DNA from: a virus
Taxonomy: Duplodnaviria; Caudoviricetes
IMG/VR virus record: IMGVR_UViG_3300047480_000737
Coordinates: 1-34,711 of that record
Direction: 5' to 3' (one strand)
DNA length: 34,711 bases
A program made the position numbers and the translations under genes. Shown piece by piece: positions 8,608 through 18,162 of the stretch. Each line of letters opens with the position of its first letter. The stretch's first letter is position 1. The notes beneath the pieces were generated by a model that searched no databases, was not told the DNA's origin, and was given only the letters and a program-made list of their open reading frames with translations.

Positions 8608-11600
8608 ATGGGGAATTCGTATAGAATTAAAGCTAATCCAGGCAAAGACCAAAACTTAGTAGTTCAAGTTGACCAAGATTTTGAACAACTTGAAATATTA
8701 TCATTAAAAATTAGGCAAGGTGATGTCTACTTAAGAATGTGCTCAGATTATGGGGTTATTGCTGGTAGAGTTTTTGCAAACAATGGTTATGGAATACCAA
8801 ACGCTAAGTTATCAATCTTCATACCTGTAACTGACGAGGACTTAAAAAACCCTGTCATTAAATCAATATATCCTTATAAATCGGTTTTAGATACTAATGA
8901 GGATGGGTACAAATTTAATCTATTACCATATCTTCCTTCTTATAGTAATCACGTTGCCACAGGGACATTCCCTTCTCGAAAAGATAACTTAGTTGACCAA
9001 ACGGTTGTTCAATTATATGACAAGTATTACAAATATACCGTTCAAACGAATGACAGTGGTGATTACTTAATTTATGGGGTACCTGTTGGTAGTCATACTA
9101 TAGTGATGAATGTTGACCTATCTGATATTGGTCCTTTTTCGTTAGGACCTCAGGATTTGGTTAGAATGGGACTTGCAACTGAAGAACAATTTGATGGGAA
9201 TAAATTTAATTCATCATCGAACTTTAATTCATTACCTCAGGTTGTTGTTATTAATAAGAGTATTGAGGTTGCACCATTTTGGGGTGAACCTGAGATATGT
9301 CAAATAGGTATTACAAGAACAGATTTTGACATTACCAACGAGGCTAACATTGATATTAAACCTACCGCAATTTTTATGGGGTCATTAGTTAGTACCTCAA
9401 ACTCTATTGCCATTAAACAAAATTGTGTTTCGAGAAAAGAAACAGGAAATCAGTGTCAAATGACCACAGGACCTGGTGAGATTTTGGCTATTACCCAAAC
9501 AATCTTTAACGACTCTGACGGGTTACCAATACTCGAACAAGCTAAACTACCTAATGGTGGTAAAGTTATTGACGGTAATGGTGTGTGGATGTTTGACCTA
9601 CCAATGAATAATAACTACATATCTACAAATGAATATGGGGAACAGGTTATTTCAAACGACCCTAAAGTCGGTATCCCAACTAAAGCTAAATACAGGTTTA
9701 AAATTAAATGGCAACAAAGTAAGAGTATTGCGGAAGATTTTAAAAGAGGTTATTTCTTAGTCCCAAACATTAAAGAAAAAGGATGGGAGTTTTATGGGTC
9801 TGACCCATTACGAGGTGGTCTTGGGGATTATAATGACGCGTTAACATCATATGCGTTTGATTTAGGTTGGTCAGGGTATACTACAGGTAGTGTTGATATA
9901 ACAAACCCTGAATTATTATCCTATATTAATTGTGAAGATAGATTTTATGAATTCGATTATAATAAAGTTTATACTGTTTCGGGTTTAATCGACAACTATA
10001 AGGTTGCTGGTGGTAAAGAAAAGTTCTTAGCAATTAAAAGAATTGATGATGATACCTGTGAAGATAGTGTAAATAAATTTCCTGCGAATGACGGGGTTTT
10101 CCATACATCATTATTATGGATAATATTGAATATTCTAATTTCAATTATTGGGTTCTTAATGTTACCCGTCCTTATCGCCTATGATATTATTGCGTTTCTT
10201 ATAAATCTAATATATCTAATTATTCAAACAGTACTTTGTGGTATTTGTGGTATTGGATTTAGTATTGTTGCAATTAGTTTCTATCCTTTTGGATGGATTT
10301 GTCGTTCTTTGGGTATTGATTGTGACGACCCAAAACTACCAATTAAACCATTGGATATGCCAATGTTAACTTATCCTGACTGTGAAGCTTGTAGTTGTGA
10401 TGGGTCAGACGGTAATGGTAGTGACCCTACAACAGGTGGGGCTAATCAAACCACGGGTCAGGCACAACAAAACCAAAGTCAATTTATAACATCATTTAAC
10501 ATACCGACTGCCTTTGGTAAGTTGGACAACCCATCGGTATTTAATAATATTTTCAGTAATACACTTTTTTGGTCACCATCAGATGTCCCTATTATCAAAC
10601 AATTATTAGGGGGTACATTTGTTAATGGTACCAATATGACTGCGGGAGGTGTCGGGAGAATAAATACTTCTTCAGGTTTTATGGAATGTTATGATTTACC
10701 GTTTGGTGAGAGGATTAATTTATTTAATACTAAAGGTTCTTACTACAATGGTGCTAATCAGGTGAAAGTGACATACGAACCAACTTCTAACGGTCCTACT
10801 GCGGGACATTTTGATAATGTAATTGCGATTTTAGTTAGTAAAGCGACTACCCTTAGTGCGGGTAAGATGTTCTCATTTTCAAGTCCATATTCATCTAAAG
10901 ACCCTAACTTTACAGGTGCAACGGTTAATAGTATTGGAAGTACTCAGTTAACGGGTACTACGACAATACCAACTACGTTAAGTGGTACTTACGCAAGTCC
11001 GACTAACCCATTGTCGAATATACCATTTTCATATTCGACACCTACTATGTATAACACTAATGTTAGTAAAACAATATATTACACATATCCGTCAGATATT
11101 GAGTATTTCCAAGTAATAACGGGAATGACCATTGCTCAGTTTAGAAGTTTAGTACCTGCAACTCGTTTCGCGAATAGTTTTGGGGATATTATTGAAAGTA
11201 CTTCAACTATTACTAGTTTTACGGGAATTTTTAGTGACACGGTAACTGTGACACCTATTGATTTTATATCACAAGACAGTAAGGTATTAATAATCCAAAG
11301 AGGTGTTGACCCTAATTCATTTAGTGTTCAAACTAAATTTGACCTGAGTCGAGTTTTTGGGTACACATCAATTAACCAACCAGATTGTTTAGTTATCGGG
11401 GATTATAAAGTTAACGTTCCAATTAAGAATTCGACGCTACCTGCATCATCATCACCGTTGAATATGTTTGACCACGATTTTGGTTCTGGTATGAATAACA
11501 ACACTCCTAACAATGGATTTGATTTATATTTTAGTTCTCAATTCTTTGAACCCGCAAATTCATCGTCATATTATTATACGGGGTACACGACTAATACTCA

Positions 11601-13500
11601 TACGTTTTATTCTAGTTTAGATAATACTAAAGTGATTCCGTCGGTATTTGTACCATCACCACCAGCTACGGTTTTGAGCCCATCTAAGATTGATAATACA
11701 ATATCATCACCTAGACGTTTACTTAAATCGTTATCAAGTCAGGCTTTGTATAGTGGTACACTAACCCCAAGAAAATATAACCCTAGTGAATTTGTTGACG
11801 GAGGAGCGTATGTGTTTACCCCATCAACATCATACCCTAACAATTTAAAATCATATTATTATAGTCCAGGGTATAATACGGGTAGTACTTTAAGTATGTC
11901 TTATTATAAGAATAATGTTATGAGAAGTGATAGATTACCTACTTCTGATTTTCAAACAACTAATGGTAATAACACCTATTTCTTACAACAAAATCCTGCG
12001 TTGACCGTATATACCTTCTCGACTAATGGTATTATTGTTGCAGGTGCTGGACAATCAAACGCGTCGTATGCTGACACATTTGAACCTAATGACAACGCGT
12101 TTGAAAGTAATAGTGCTTTAAATACATTTACTTGTACTAAAATGGTTTCATTAAAATGTTACGACCAGGGTACCAGTGGTTTAAATATCACTGTTGACCC
12201 TGCGTGTAAGAACGATGATGCGGTGACTGATAACGGTTGTTATCGTTTTTGTCCTCGTTGTGGTGACATTAATGATATTTTCGGGCCAATTGCTGGAATG
12301 GGTAAAGACCTTGAAAATTTTGGGGAATATATCCTTAGATTCAAGTTCTTCTTTGCATTATGTCAAGGAGTTTTAAGTCAGGTCTTTAATAATAATTGGA
12401 TTAACGGTGTATTATTTGCATATCCGTTCAAAATTAATACCTATTATAATAGTAAGAATAAAGTTAATGGTCGGGAGTATTGTCGAGATATTATTTTCCT
12501 ACACCCAACAACAAATACGTTTTATTATAGAAGTACACCTTGGGATGGTAGTAACTTTATTGGATTTAAATCAAGAGGGGATGATGGTAAAGGAGCTAAT
12601 GATACTAATTTAAAATACCCAACAACTCTTATTAATTTAGGACCTAGAGATTCATTTATGAAAGAGATTATTTTAAACGGTCAATTTGATGGGTATAATA
12701 TGAAAGAGTTCTCTGAAACTTCATATAATGATACTTCAGATATGGTTAATCTATTTGGTATTATGAGATTACTTGATTCTAGTTTCTTAGCTAACTTCTT
12801 TGGTAACCAAATTACTCGATTATTTTCAAGAAGTGGTAGAAAGGTTGATGCTGATTTCGCACAATCAGTGGCGGTTAACTCCCAAATTGGTGTGGTTCCG
12901 TTGGACACATCCTTTTATACTACATCACCTTCATCCCCTGGAGGGGCGTCTGTAATCGCGGCGGGGACTAGTTCAAATAGTATTATGATGGGTATTATGT
13001 TTACCTCAAGTACGGAATCAATACAAGTTAGAGATTTTATCTCACCTGTTAGAACAATTAGATGGAACCCATTAACTAATGATTTTGCTTACGATTATAC
13101 CTCAACTAAATCACAACTTACACCTCATTATATGTGGAGATTAAATTCGGGTAACACAATCTTTGGTACACAAACTAATAATTGGGCTACATCTCCTGAC
13201 CCTTCGAGTATTGTGGCGGTTAAGTATCAACAAATGGATAGATTACCAACACAAATACCTGGTAGTCCATATCCTGTATGGAACGCTTCGGTTAATGAAT
13301 ATAACGCTCGTGGTTATTTATTTGCAAGTAATTCGAATGATATGGCGTCAATAACTTACAATTATTCGGCACCAACAATTCAAGGTAAGACTATATTAGG
13401 AGGTGCTCCTTGGTATTTCTATTTTGGATTAAGAAAAGGTAATACTGCCATAAACAGATTTTCAAATAAGTTCTTAGGAACTACAGGTTTAAATGAGTAA
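8608..13500 (+). CDS. Large putative virion/baseplate-associated protein (1630 aa): carboxypeptidase-regulatory-like N-terminal domain, internal hydrophobic segment, Cys clusters
   Basis: GVIAGRVFANNGYGIPNAKLSIF...TNDSGDYLIYGVPVG resembles a transthyretin-like/CarboxypepD_reg fold; long apolar stretch at about 10111-10300; located in the baseplate module. Confidence 0.7.
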   Translation: MGNSYRIKANPGKDQNLVVQVDQDFEQLEILSLKIRQGDVYLRMCSDYGVIAGRVFANNGYGIPNAKLSIFIPVTDEDLKNPVIKSIYPYKSVLDTNEDGYKFNLLPYLPSYSNHVATGTFPSRKDNLVDQTVVQLYDKYYKYTVQTNDSGDYLIYGVPVGSHTIVMNVDLSDIGPFSLGPQDLVRMGLATEEQFDGNKFNSSSNFNSLPQVVVINKSIEVAPFWGEPEICQIGITRTDFDITNEANIDIKPTAIFMGSLVSTSNSIAIKQNCVSRKETGNQCQMTTGPGEILAITQTIFNDSDGLPILEQAKLPNGGKVIDGNGVWMFDLPMNNNYISTNEYGEQVISNDPKVGIPTKAKYRFKIKWQQSKSIAEDFKRGYFLVPNIKEKGWEFYGSDPLRGGLGDYNDALTSYAFDLGWSGYTTGSVDITNPELLSYINCEDRFYEFDYNKVYTVSGLIDNYKVAGGKEKFLAIKRIDDDTCEDSVNKFPANDGVFHTSLLWIILNILISIIGFLMLPVLIAYDIIAFLINLIYLIIQTVLCGICGIGFSIVAISFYPFGWICRSLGIDCDDPKLPIKPLDMPMLTYPDCEACSCDGSDGNGSDPTTGGANQTTGQAQQNQSQFITSFNIPTAFGKLDNPSVFNNIFSNTLFWSPSDVPIIKQLLGGTFVNGTNMTAGGVGRINTSSGFMECYDLPFGERINLFNTKGSYYNGANQVKVTYEPTSNGPTAGHFDNVIAILVSKATTLSAGKMFSFSSPYSSKDPNFTGATVNSIGSTQLTGTTTIPTTLSGTYASPTNPLSNIPFSYSTPTMYNTNVSKTIYYTYPSDIEYFQVITGMTIAQFRSLVPATRFANSFGDIIESTSTITSFTGIFSDTVTVTPIDFISQDSKVLIIQRGVDPNSFSVQTKFDLSRVFGYTSINQPDCLVIGDYKVNVPIKNSTLPASSSPLNMFDHDFGSGMNNNTPNNGFDLYFSSQFFEPANSSSYYYTGYTTNTHTFYSSLDNTKVIPSVFVPSPPATVLSPSKIDNTISSPRRLLKSLSSQALYSGTLTPRKYNPSEFVDGGAYVFTPSTSYPNNLKSYYYSPGYNTGSTLSMSYYKNNVMRSDRLPTSDFQTTNGNNTYFLQQNPALTVYTFSTNGIIVAGAGQSNASYADTFEPNDNAFESNSALNTFTCTKMVSLKCYDQGTSGLNITVDPACKNDDAVTDNGCYRFCPRCGDINDIFGPIAGMGKDLENFGEYILRFKFFFALCQGVLSQVFNNNWINGVLFAYPFKINTYYNSKNKVNGREYCRDIIFLHPTTNTFYYRSTPWDGSNFIGFKSRGDDGKGANDTNLKYPTTLINLGPRDSFMKEIILNGQFDGYNMKEFSETSYNDTSDMVNLFGIMRLLDSSFLANFFGNQITRLFSRSGRKVDADFAQSVAVNSQIGVVPLDTSFYTTSPSSPGGASVIAAGTSSNSIMMGIMFTSSTESIQVRDFISPVRTIRWNPLTNDFAYDYTSTKSQLTPHYMWRLNSGNTIFGTQTNNWATSPDPSSIVAVKYQQMDRLPTQIPGSPYPVWNASVNEYNARGYLFASNSNDMASITYNYSAPTIQGKTILGGAPWYFYFGLRKGNTAINRFSNKFLGTTGLNE

Positions 13501-15295
13501 TCAAATTGAAACAAGAATAGTATTAGGGTCTAAAAGATATAAGACCGCAATTGATACGGATTTAGGTATTAAAGTACCTCTGGAAAATACTCAAAAAGAA
13601 ATTGATGAGTTTGATAGGAATAATCGAATCAGTTTAGCTCAAGTGTTTGACGACGAAAGACAGGCGTCATCCACTTTTAGACTTAGTGCTAATATGGATT
13701 TTATGTTTTATAACGTGTATAGTGGAAGTACTGGTTTACTTGACTATAAACCGTTCACGTATAATATGTACTACGCCAATCAACTAAGTTCATTTAATAC
13801 CACTATGTGGACAGGGTATCCACTATATAACGAATTTGATTTTATACGAACCGATAACAAAGTTCCAGGATATACTACAACATCAGGTACGGTTCAACCA
13901 CACATATATTTTGTAAATAAAAGTGCGACAACATATAATTGGACCCAATATATTAGTTACGCATATCAAAACGATTATACTAAAAGATTAGAGTATTATG
14001 AAGAGGATGGTGGGACTAATGGATGGGCTGCTGGTGATGGTATTCCTTTTTATATTCAAAACCCATACACCGAGTCAGGGCAAGATTTAATTTCATTTGT
14101 CTGTCCCGTTAAACACAATCTATCTGAAGGGGAATATGTTGAAATAAACATCCCTGGATGGTTGGGATATGGAGGTAGTAAGGTTTTCCAAGTTTATTCT
14201 TTAGGTCAATCAGGGTTTGGTTCGGGTGAATATATTTTTAATCTTTATAATTACGGATTTACTGGTGTTACATTTACAAATGATACTAAAGGTACTTTTA
14301 AAAGAATAGTCGACATTTATAACTCAGGTGAAACTAAATCAGAATATTATGTTAGAAAACATAGAATACTTACAAATGTAAGTGATACTATATTAACTAA
14401 AGCGGGATTTGAATACAATCCTTTTGATAACGTCAGACAGTACGAATATAGTTCATTAACCCCTGACCATACCGCGAGAATTACTCAAAAAGAAGGTAAT
14501 CAATCGTATTTAATTTCTTTTAGTAAAGACATTAACATTGCACCTTATGTTGATAATCAGAATAGACCATTAAGTGAATTATTCATAACAATTATAAATA
14601 AAGGATATTTTGGGTGGATGAATAAGCCACTCGATACTAGTGTGCCAAATTTTCCCGCTATTCGAGAAGGATTTGGGTTTAATATCACATCAGACGTTAA
14701 CCCATATTGGGCAGCGTCAAATAAATCAAGAAATAAAACCAATATTAGTACAGGTACGTATAGTAAAACTATTGGTAGTAATACCTTCAATTTTTATTAT
14801 AACAATGACTTAAAAGAAGGTGATATTATTGATGGGGATTATTGTGAGTTTAATCGATTCGAACAAAAAGAAAGAGTTATATCACCTCTATATCATAAGA
14901 TTGTTTTTAATGATAATTTATTTAAAGTCGGATGTATTTTAAATGCTGACCCATTTAATTTTTCGTGTAGTCCTAATAACCCTCCAGGGTATTATTACCA
15001 ACCACATAATTCGATTACACTAAAAGTGTATTCTGATTATATTGAAGAGGGGGACGTTAAAACGATAGAAGGAGTTCCTGATTATGCGTACTTCTCAGAA
15101 TACTATCAAACGTTAAGATGGAGAGACTTATATACTTATGGTTATATAGATGGTAATGGATTGGGTGTGGATTACCCATTCTTAAATGGCTCTCATTATC
15201 CATCAAGAAAAATAATATTCAGATTATTTCCTGAAGGAAATGTCCCTGAACAATTATATGCAATTTCAGACCCAGATATAGATGATTGTGAATAA
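13493..15295 (+). CDS. Putative structural protein (600 aa)
   Basis: Overlaps the upstream stop by 8 nt; Tyr/Asn/Gly/Thr-rich like neighbouring virion proteins. Confidence 0.7.
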   Translation: MSNQIETRIVLGSKRYKTAIDTDLGIKVPLENTQKEIDEFDRNNRISLAQVFDDERQASSTFRLSANMDFMFYNVYSGSTGLLDYKPFTYNMYYANQLSSFNTTMWTGYPLYNEFDFIRTDNKVPGYTTTSGTVQPHIYFVNKSATTYNWTQYISYAYQNDYTKRLEYYEEDGGTNGWAAGDGIPFYIQNPYTESGQDLISFVCPVKHNLSEGEYVEINIPGWLGYGGSKVFQVYSLGQSGFGSGEYIFNLYNYGFTGVTFTNDTKGTFKRIVDIYNSGETKSEYYVRKHRILTNVSDTILTKAGFEYNPFDNVRQYEYSSLTPDHTARITQKEGNQSYLISFSKDINIAPYVDNQNRPLSELFITIINKGYFGWMNKPLDTSVPNFPAIREGFGFNITSDVNPYWAASNKSRNKTNISTGTYSKTIGSNTFNFYYNNDLKEGDIIDGDYCEFNRFEQKERVISPLYHKIVFNDNLFKVGCILNADPFNFSCSPNNPPGYYYQPHNSITLKVYSDYIEEGDVKTIEGVPDYAYFSEYYQTLRWRDLYTYGYIDGNGLGVDYPFLNGSHYPSRKIIFRLFPEGNVPEQLYAISDPDIDDCE

Positions 15296-16094
15296 ATATA
15301 AAATATCGTTACCTACTGATACTGATAAAGAATTAGTGATACCTGTACAAATGACTTGGGATTTGACCGACAGGTCGGATTCTTTAGTTGCGTTTGAAAG
15401 AAACGCCATTACTGAAATCTTAAATGGAGATAAAGATTTTGAAGTTGCCAGATTCGCACCTGCGGGTATTGTCGACCCTACAAATAATGTGTTGAAAACG
15501 GATGTTAATTACTCATTTAATTTTGTGCCTAACGGGGCTAATGTCAGTACAACTATATGGGAACCTTCGTATGTTGTACAAGGGTTCTCAACGAATGAAG
15601 TTTATATGTATTCAAATCCTTTTAAAAATTCATTTTTTAAATTGGATTTGTATGATAGTACGGATTTAAAAACCCAAACAAATTATGTGACAATAATAAT
15701 TCCAACACAACAGGGAGCAACAACTGCAGCAACAGTTGGATATGAGACTAAGAATATTAAAACTCCAATATTCAAATTGGATTATTTAGGGGACCAAGAA
15801 GGTATGTTTATTTACTGGTTAAAAAAACGAGATTTTTTAAATATCACAACATTTTATATGACTGCCAAATTTTTTGATGCGAAAAACGGGTATTTTGTTA
15901 AGATGATGAATCGACCCCAATCAAGTTTGATTGGCGATAAGTTTAATTTCCCACAGGATAGATATTTCTATTATAAGGTCATTTTAGATTATAATACTTA
16001 CACGTATAAAATCTACGATATTTCAAGTGGAGGACAAACTCTTGCAGGTCAGGAGTCAAATCCGATAAAATGGTATGAATATATTAACCCATAA
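15282..16094 (+). CDS. Putative structural protein (270 aa)
   Basis: Overlaps the upstream gene by 14 nt; lies in the structural operon. Confidence 0.7.
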   Translation: MIVNKYKISLPTDTDKELVIPVQMTWDLTDRSDSLVAFERNAITEILNGDKDFEVARFAPAGIVDPTNNVLKTDVNYSFNFVPNGANVSTTIWEPSYVVQGFSTNEVYMYSNPFKNSFFKLDLYDSTDLKTQTNYVTIIIPTQQGATTAATVGYETKNIKTPIFKLDYLGDQEGMFIYWLKKRDFLNITTFYMTAKFFDAKNGYFVKMMNRPQSSLIGDKFNFPQDRYFYYKVILDYNTYTYKIYDISSGGQTLAGQESNPIKWYEYINP

Positions 16095-17206
16095 TGAACG
16101 AAGATAGATATTATATTAAAATTTCACCTGAAGTTATTGGGGGTGATATATTCAACATATGTTACCCAAGTGGTGATACATACTCGAGTGGGTGTACATA
16201 TGTTTATTCAGGTATGAGTCAAGTTCTTTCGGGAGGGACTAATGGAGATTCATTATTAACGGGGTTAACAATTCCTATTATGATAACCGAGACCGCAGTT
16301 GATGTCGGGTTATATTCAATATTTGATGGTAACTTACTACAATCTGATGTTGTGAAGAATTTTGTTTTCTCGGCTCAAACAGTTTCACCTAAGAGATATT
16401 ATTTCTATAATACGTCAGACCAAAAGTTTAAAAATTATTTAAAGTTTTCAACATTTGAAGTTGATTGGGGTGATGGTGTAAGTGGTCAAACAATCACAAC
16501 GTTATCACCAAATTACATTTATCACGATTATATTAATAATGGGACGTATACAATAACTTTAACACAAAAAAATCCTTGGGGTGTTAATACCGTTAAAAAA
16601 ACTGTGGTGGTTCCATTTACAGGTACTACAATAGATAATCCTAAGGGCACCGCTTATTTTACATCAAACGTTGGTTCTTGGAGTGCTACTCCAATATCCT
16701 ATGATTATATTTTTACAGGTGATTCCGAGAACAACATAGTTTCCCAAGTCTCAAGTAACTATACCTCTACACCTTTCTTAATTACGGGTAATACGGAGTC
16801 TAGAATAACTGAACTACAATCTTATGGTAAAAACCCTTATGTTCTTAATAAAATTATAAAGGATAAAAATAATCAGTTTTTTGGTGTGATAAGTGCGATG
16901 ACACCAACATATACGGGTTATACAATACAAGATACTCAGTATCTTGATTTTATTGATGGAACAACATCGTACTTAACCTATAGTAGTGGTTTGATTCCTG
17001 AATGGATGGTTCAAGAACCGATTGTGAAAGATGAGTCATTAATGAATATCGTCTATCAACCAGAAGTTCAGTCCGACGTTTTTATTGAACGAGGGAAGAA
17101 CAGTGCTTTAGAACGAATTGAAAGATTGGGTGAGGTTGATAACATTGGAGACCTTGAAAACTATGGATATGGATTTTTTAATTTTATAAAACAAGAAAAT
17201 CTATAA
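16094..17206 (+). CDS. PKD (Ig-like) domain putative virion protein (370 aa)
   Basis: FEVDWGDG...HDYINNGTYTITLT..NPWG...KTVVV is the PKD signature (about 16454-16612); TAATG stop/start coupling. Confidence 0.75.
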   Translation: MNEDRYYIKISPEVIGGDIFNICYPSGDTYSSGCTYVYSGMSQVLSGGTNGDSLLTGLTIPIMITETAVDVGLYSIFDGNLLQSDVVKNFVFSAQTVSPKRYYFYNTSDQKFKNYLKFSTFEVDWGDGVSGQTITTLSPNYIYHDYINNGTYTITLTQKNPWGVNTVKKTVVVPFTGTTIDNPKGTAYFTSNVGSWSATPISYDYIFTGDSENNIVSQVSSNYTSTPFLITGNTESRITELQSYGKNPYVLNKIIKDKNNQFFGVISAMTPTYTGYTIQDTQYLDFIDGTTSYLTYSSGLIPEWMVQEPIVKDESLMNIVYQPEVQSDVFIERGKNSALERIERLGEVDNIGDLENYGYGFFNFIKQENL

Positions 17207-17225
17207 TCAAAAAAGACTAATAAAC

Positions 17226-17232
17226 TATTTAT
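17226..17232 (+). promoter_or_regulatory. TATTTAT motif (AACTATTTAT context) upstream of the 302-aa gene
   Basis: In a 47-nt intergenic gap, 21 nt before the ATG. Confidence 0.5.
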
Positions 17233-17253
17233 TAAAAAACAAAATAAAACAAA

Positions 17254-18162
17254 ATGGCAATAGGAACATATGGAACGATAAGACCGTCTGATGTATCACC
17301 CGAAGATGTTGATATTATTTTAAATTATACACCTTCAAGAGACGCGACGGACAACTTTATATTAAAATCGTTGGATGCTAAAACAATATTAAGACCTTAC
17401 TTCAATAATGCAAGTACAGGTGGTAATGCCGACATTGAAATTCTTGGTGGGTTATATAATTTAAAATTACCCGCAAATGAATTTAATAAACTTGGAATAT
17501 ATACCTTATATCTTAGACCTGCTCAAATAAGAACACAGATTAATGATTGTGGTGTATTATCAGCGTTACCAAACATTAAAGGTATTGTAATTAATTTAGA
17601 TAATGTTCCTGCTCAATTTAAAAATAAATTTACTGCACAAGGTTTAGTTGGTTTTAGAATTGAATACTTAAATGATGATGGTACTAAGATACCTAACTTC
17701 TTTAGAGTAATCACCTCTAATTTTTATTGTCAACCTGTAACTCAAAACTTAACAAACACATCTCAAAAAGCGATTAGATATCGTTATGTTGATGGTGTTA
17801 CTAATTTAATGTTTTGTACGTTGACACCTTCATCTGCACCTACTAATAAACCAAACGCAACACCATTCATTGGTCAGCCTGGTCAAAATATCATTATCAG
17901 TAATACTTTTTTTAACCCAATAACGATTGATATCGAAGTTGCTGAACACGATTTCAATACATTGGCGATAGCTCTTTACGGTAATCAAACTAAGTCTATT
18001 GACGACGGTATCTACACAATCTACGACACTGAAAATAATATATACAGACAGTACAATCTTTACGAAATTAGAGATGAATACAATAAATTGTTATTTGAGG
18101 TTAGACAAGATAGAGGTAATAATATTGATTTCAGTAAAAACTTCACAAGTATTACAACATAA
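17254..18162 (+). CDS. Putative structural protein (302 aa)
   Basis: Clean ORF with an A-rich leader, coupled to the next gene by TAATG. Confidence 0.75.
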   Translation: MAIGTYGTIRPSDVSPEDVDIILNYTPSRDATDNFILKSLDAKTILRPYFNNASTGGNADIEILGGLYNLKLPANEFNKLGIYTLYLRPAQIRTQINDCGVLSALPNIKGIVINLDNVPAQFKNKFTAQGLVGFRIEYLNDDGTKIPNFFRVITSNFYCQPVTQNLTNTSQKAIRYRYVDGVTNLMFCTLTPSSAPTNKPNATPFIGQPGQNIIISNTFFNPITIDIEVAEHDFNTLAIALYGNQTKSIDDGIYTIYDTENNIYRQYNLYEIRDEYNKLLFEVRQDRGNNIDFSKNFTSITT

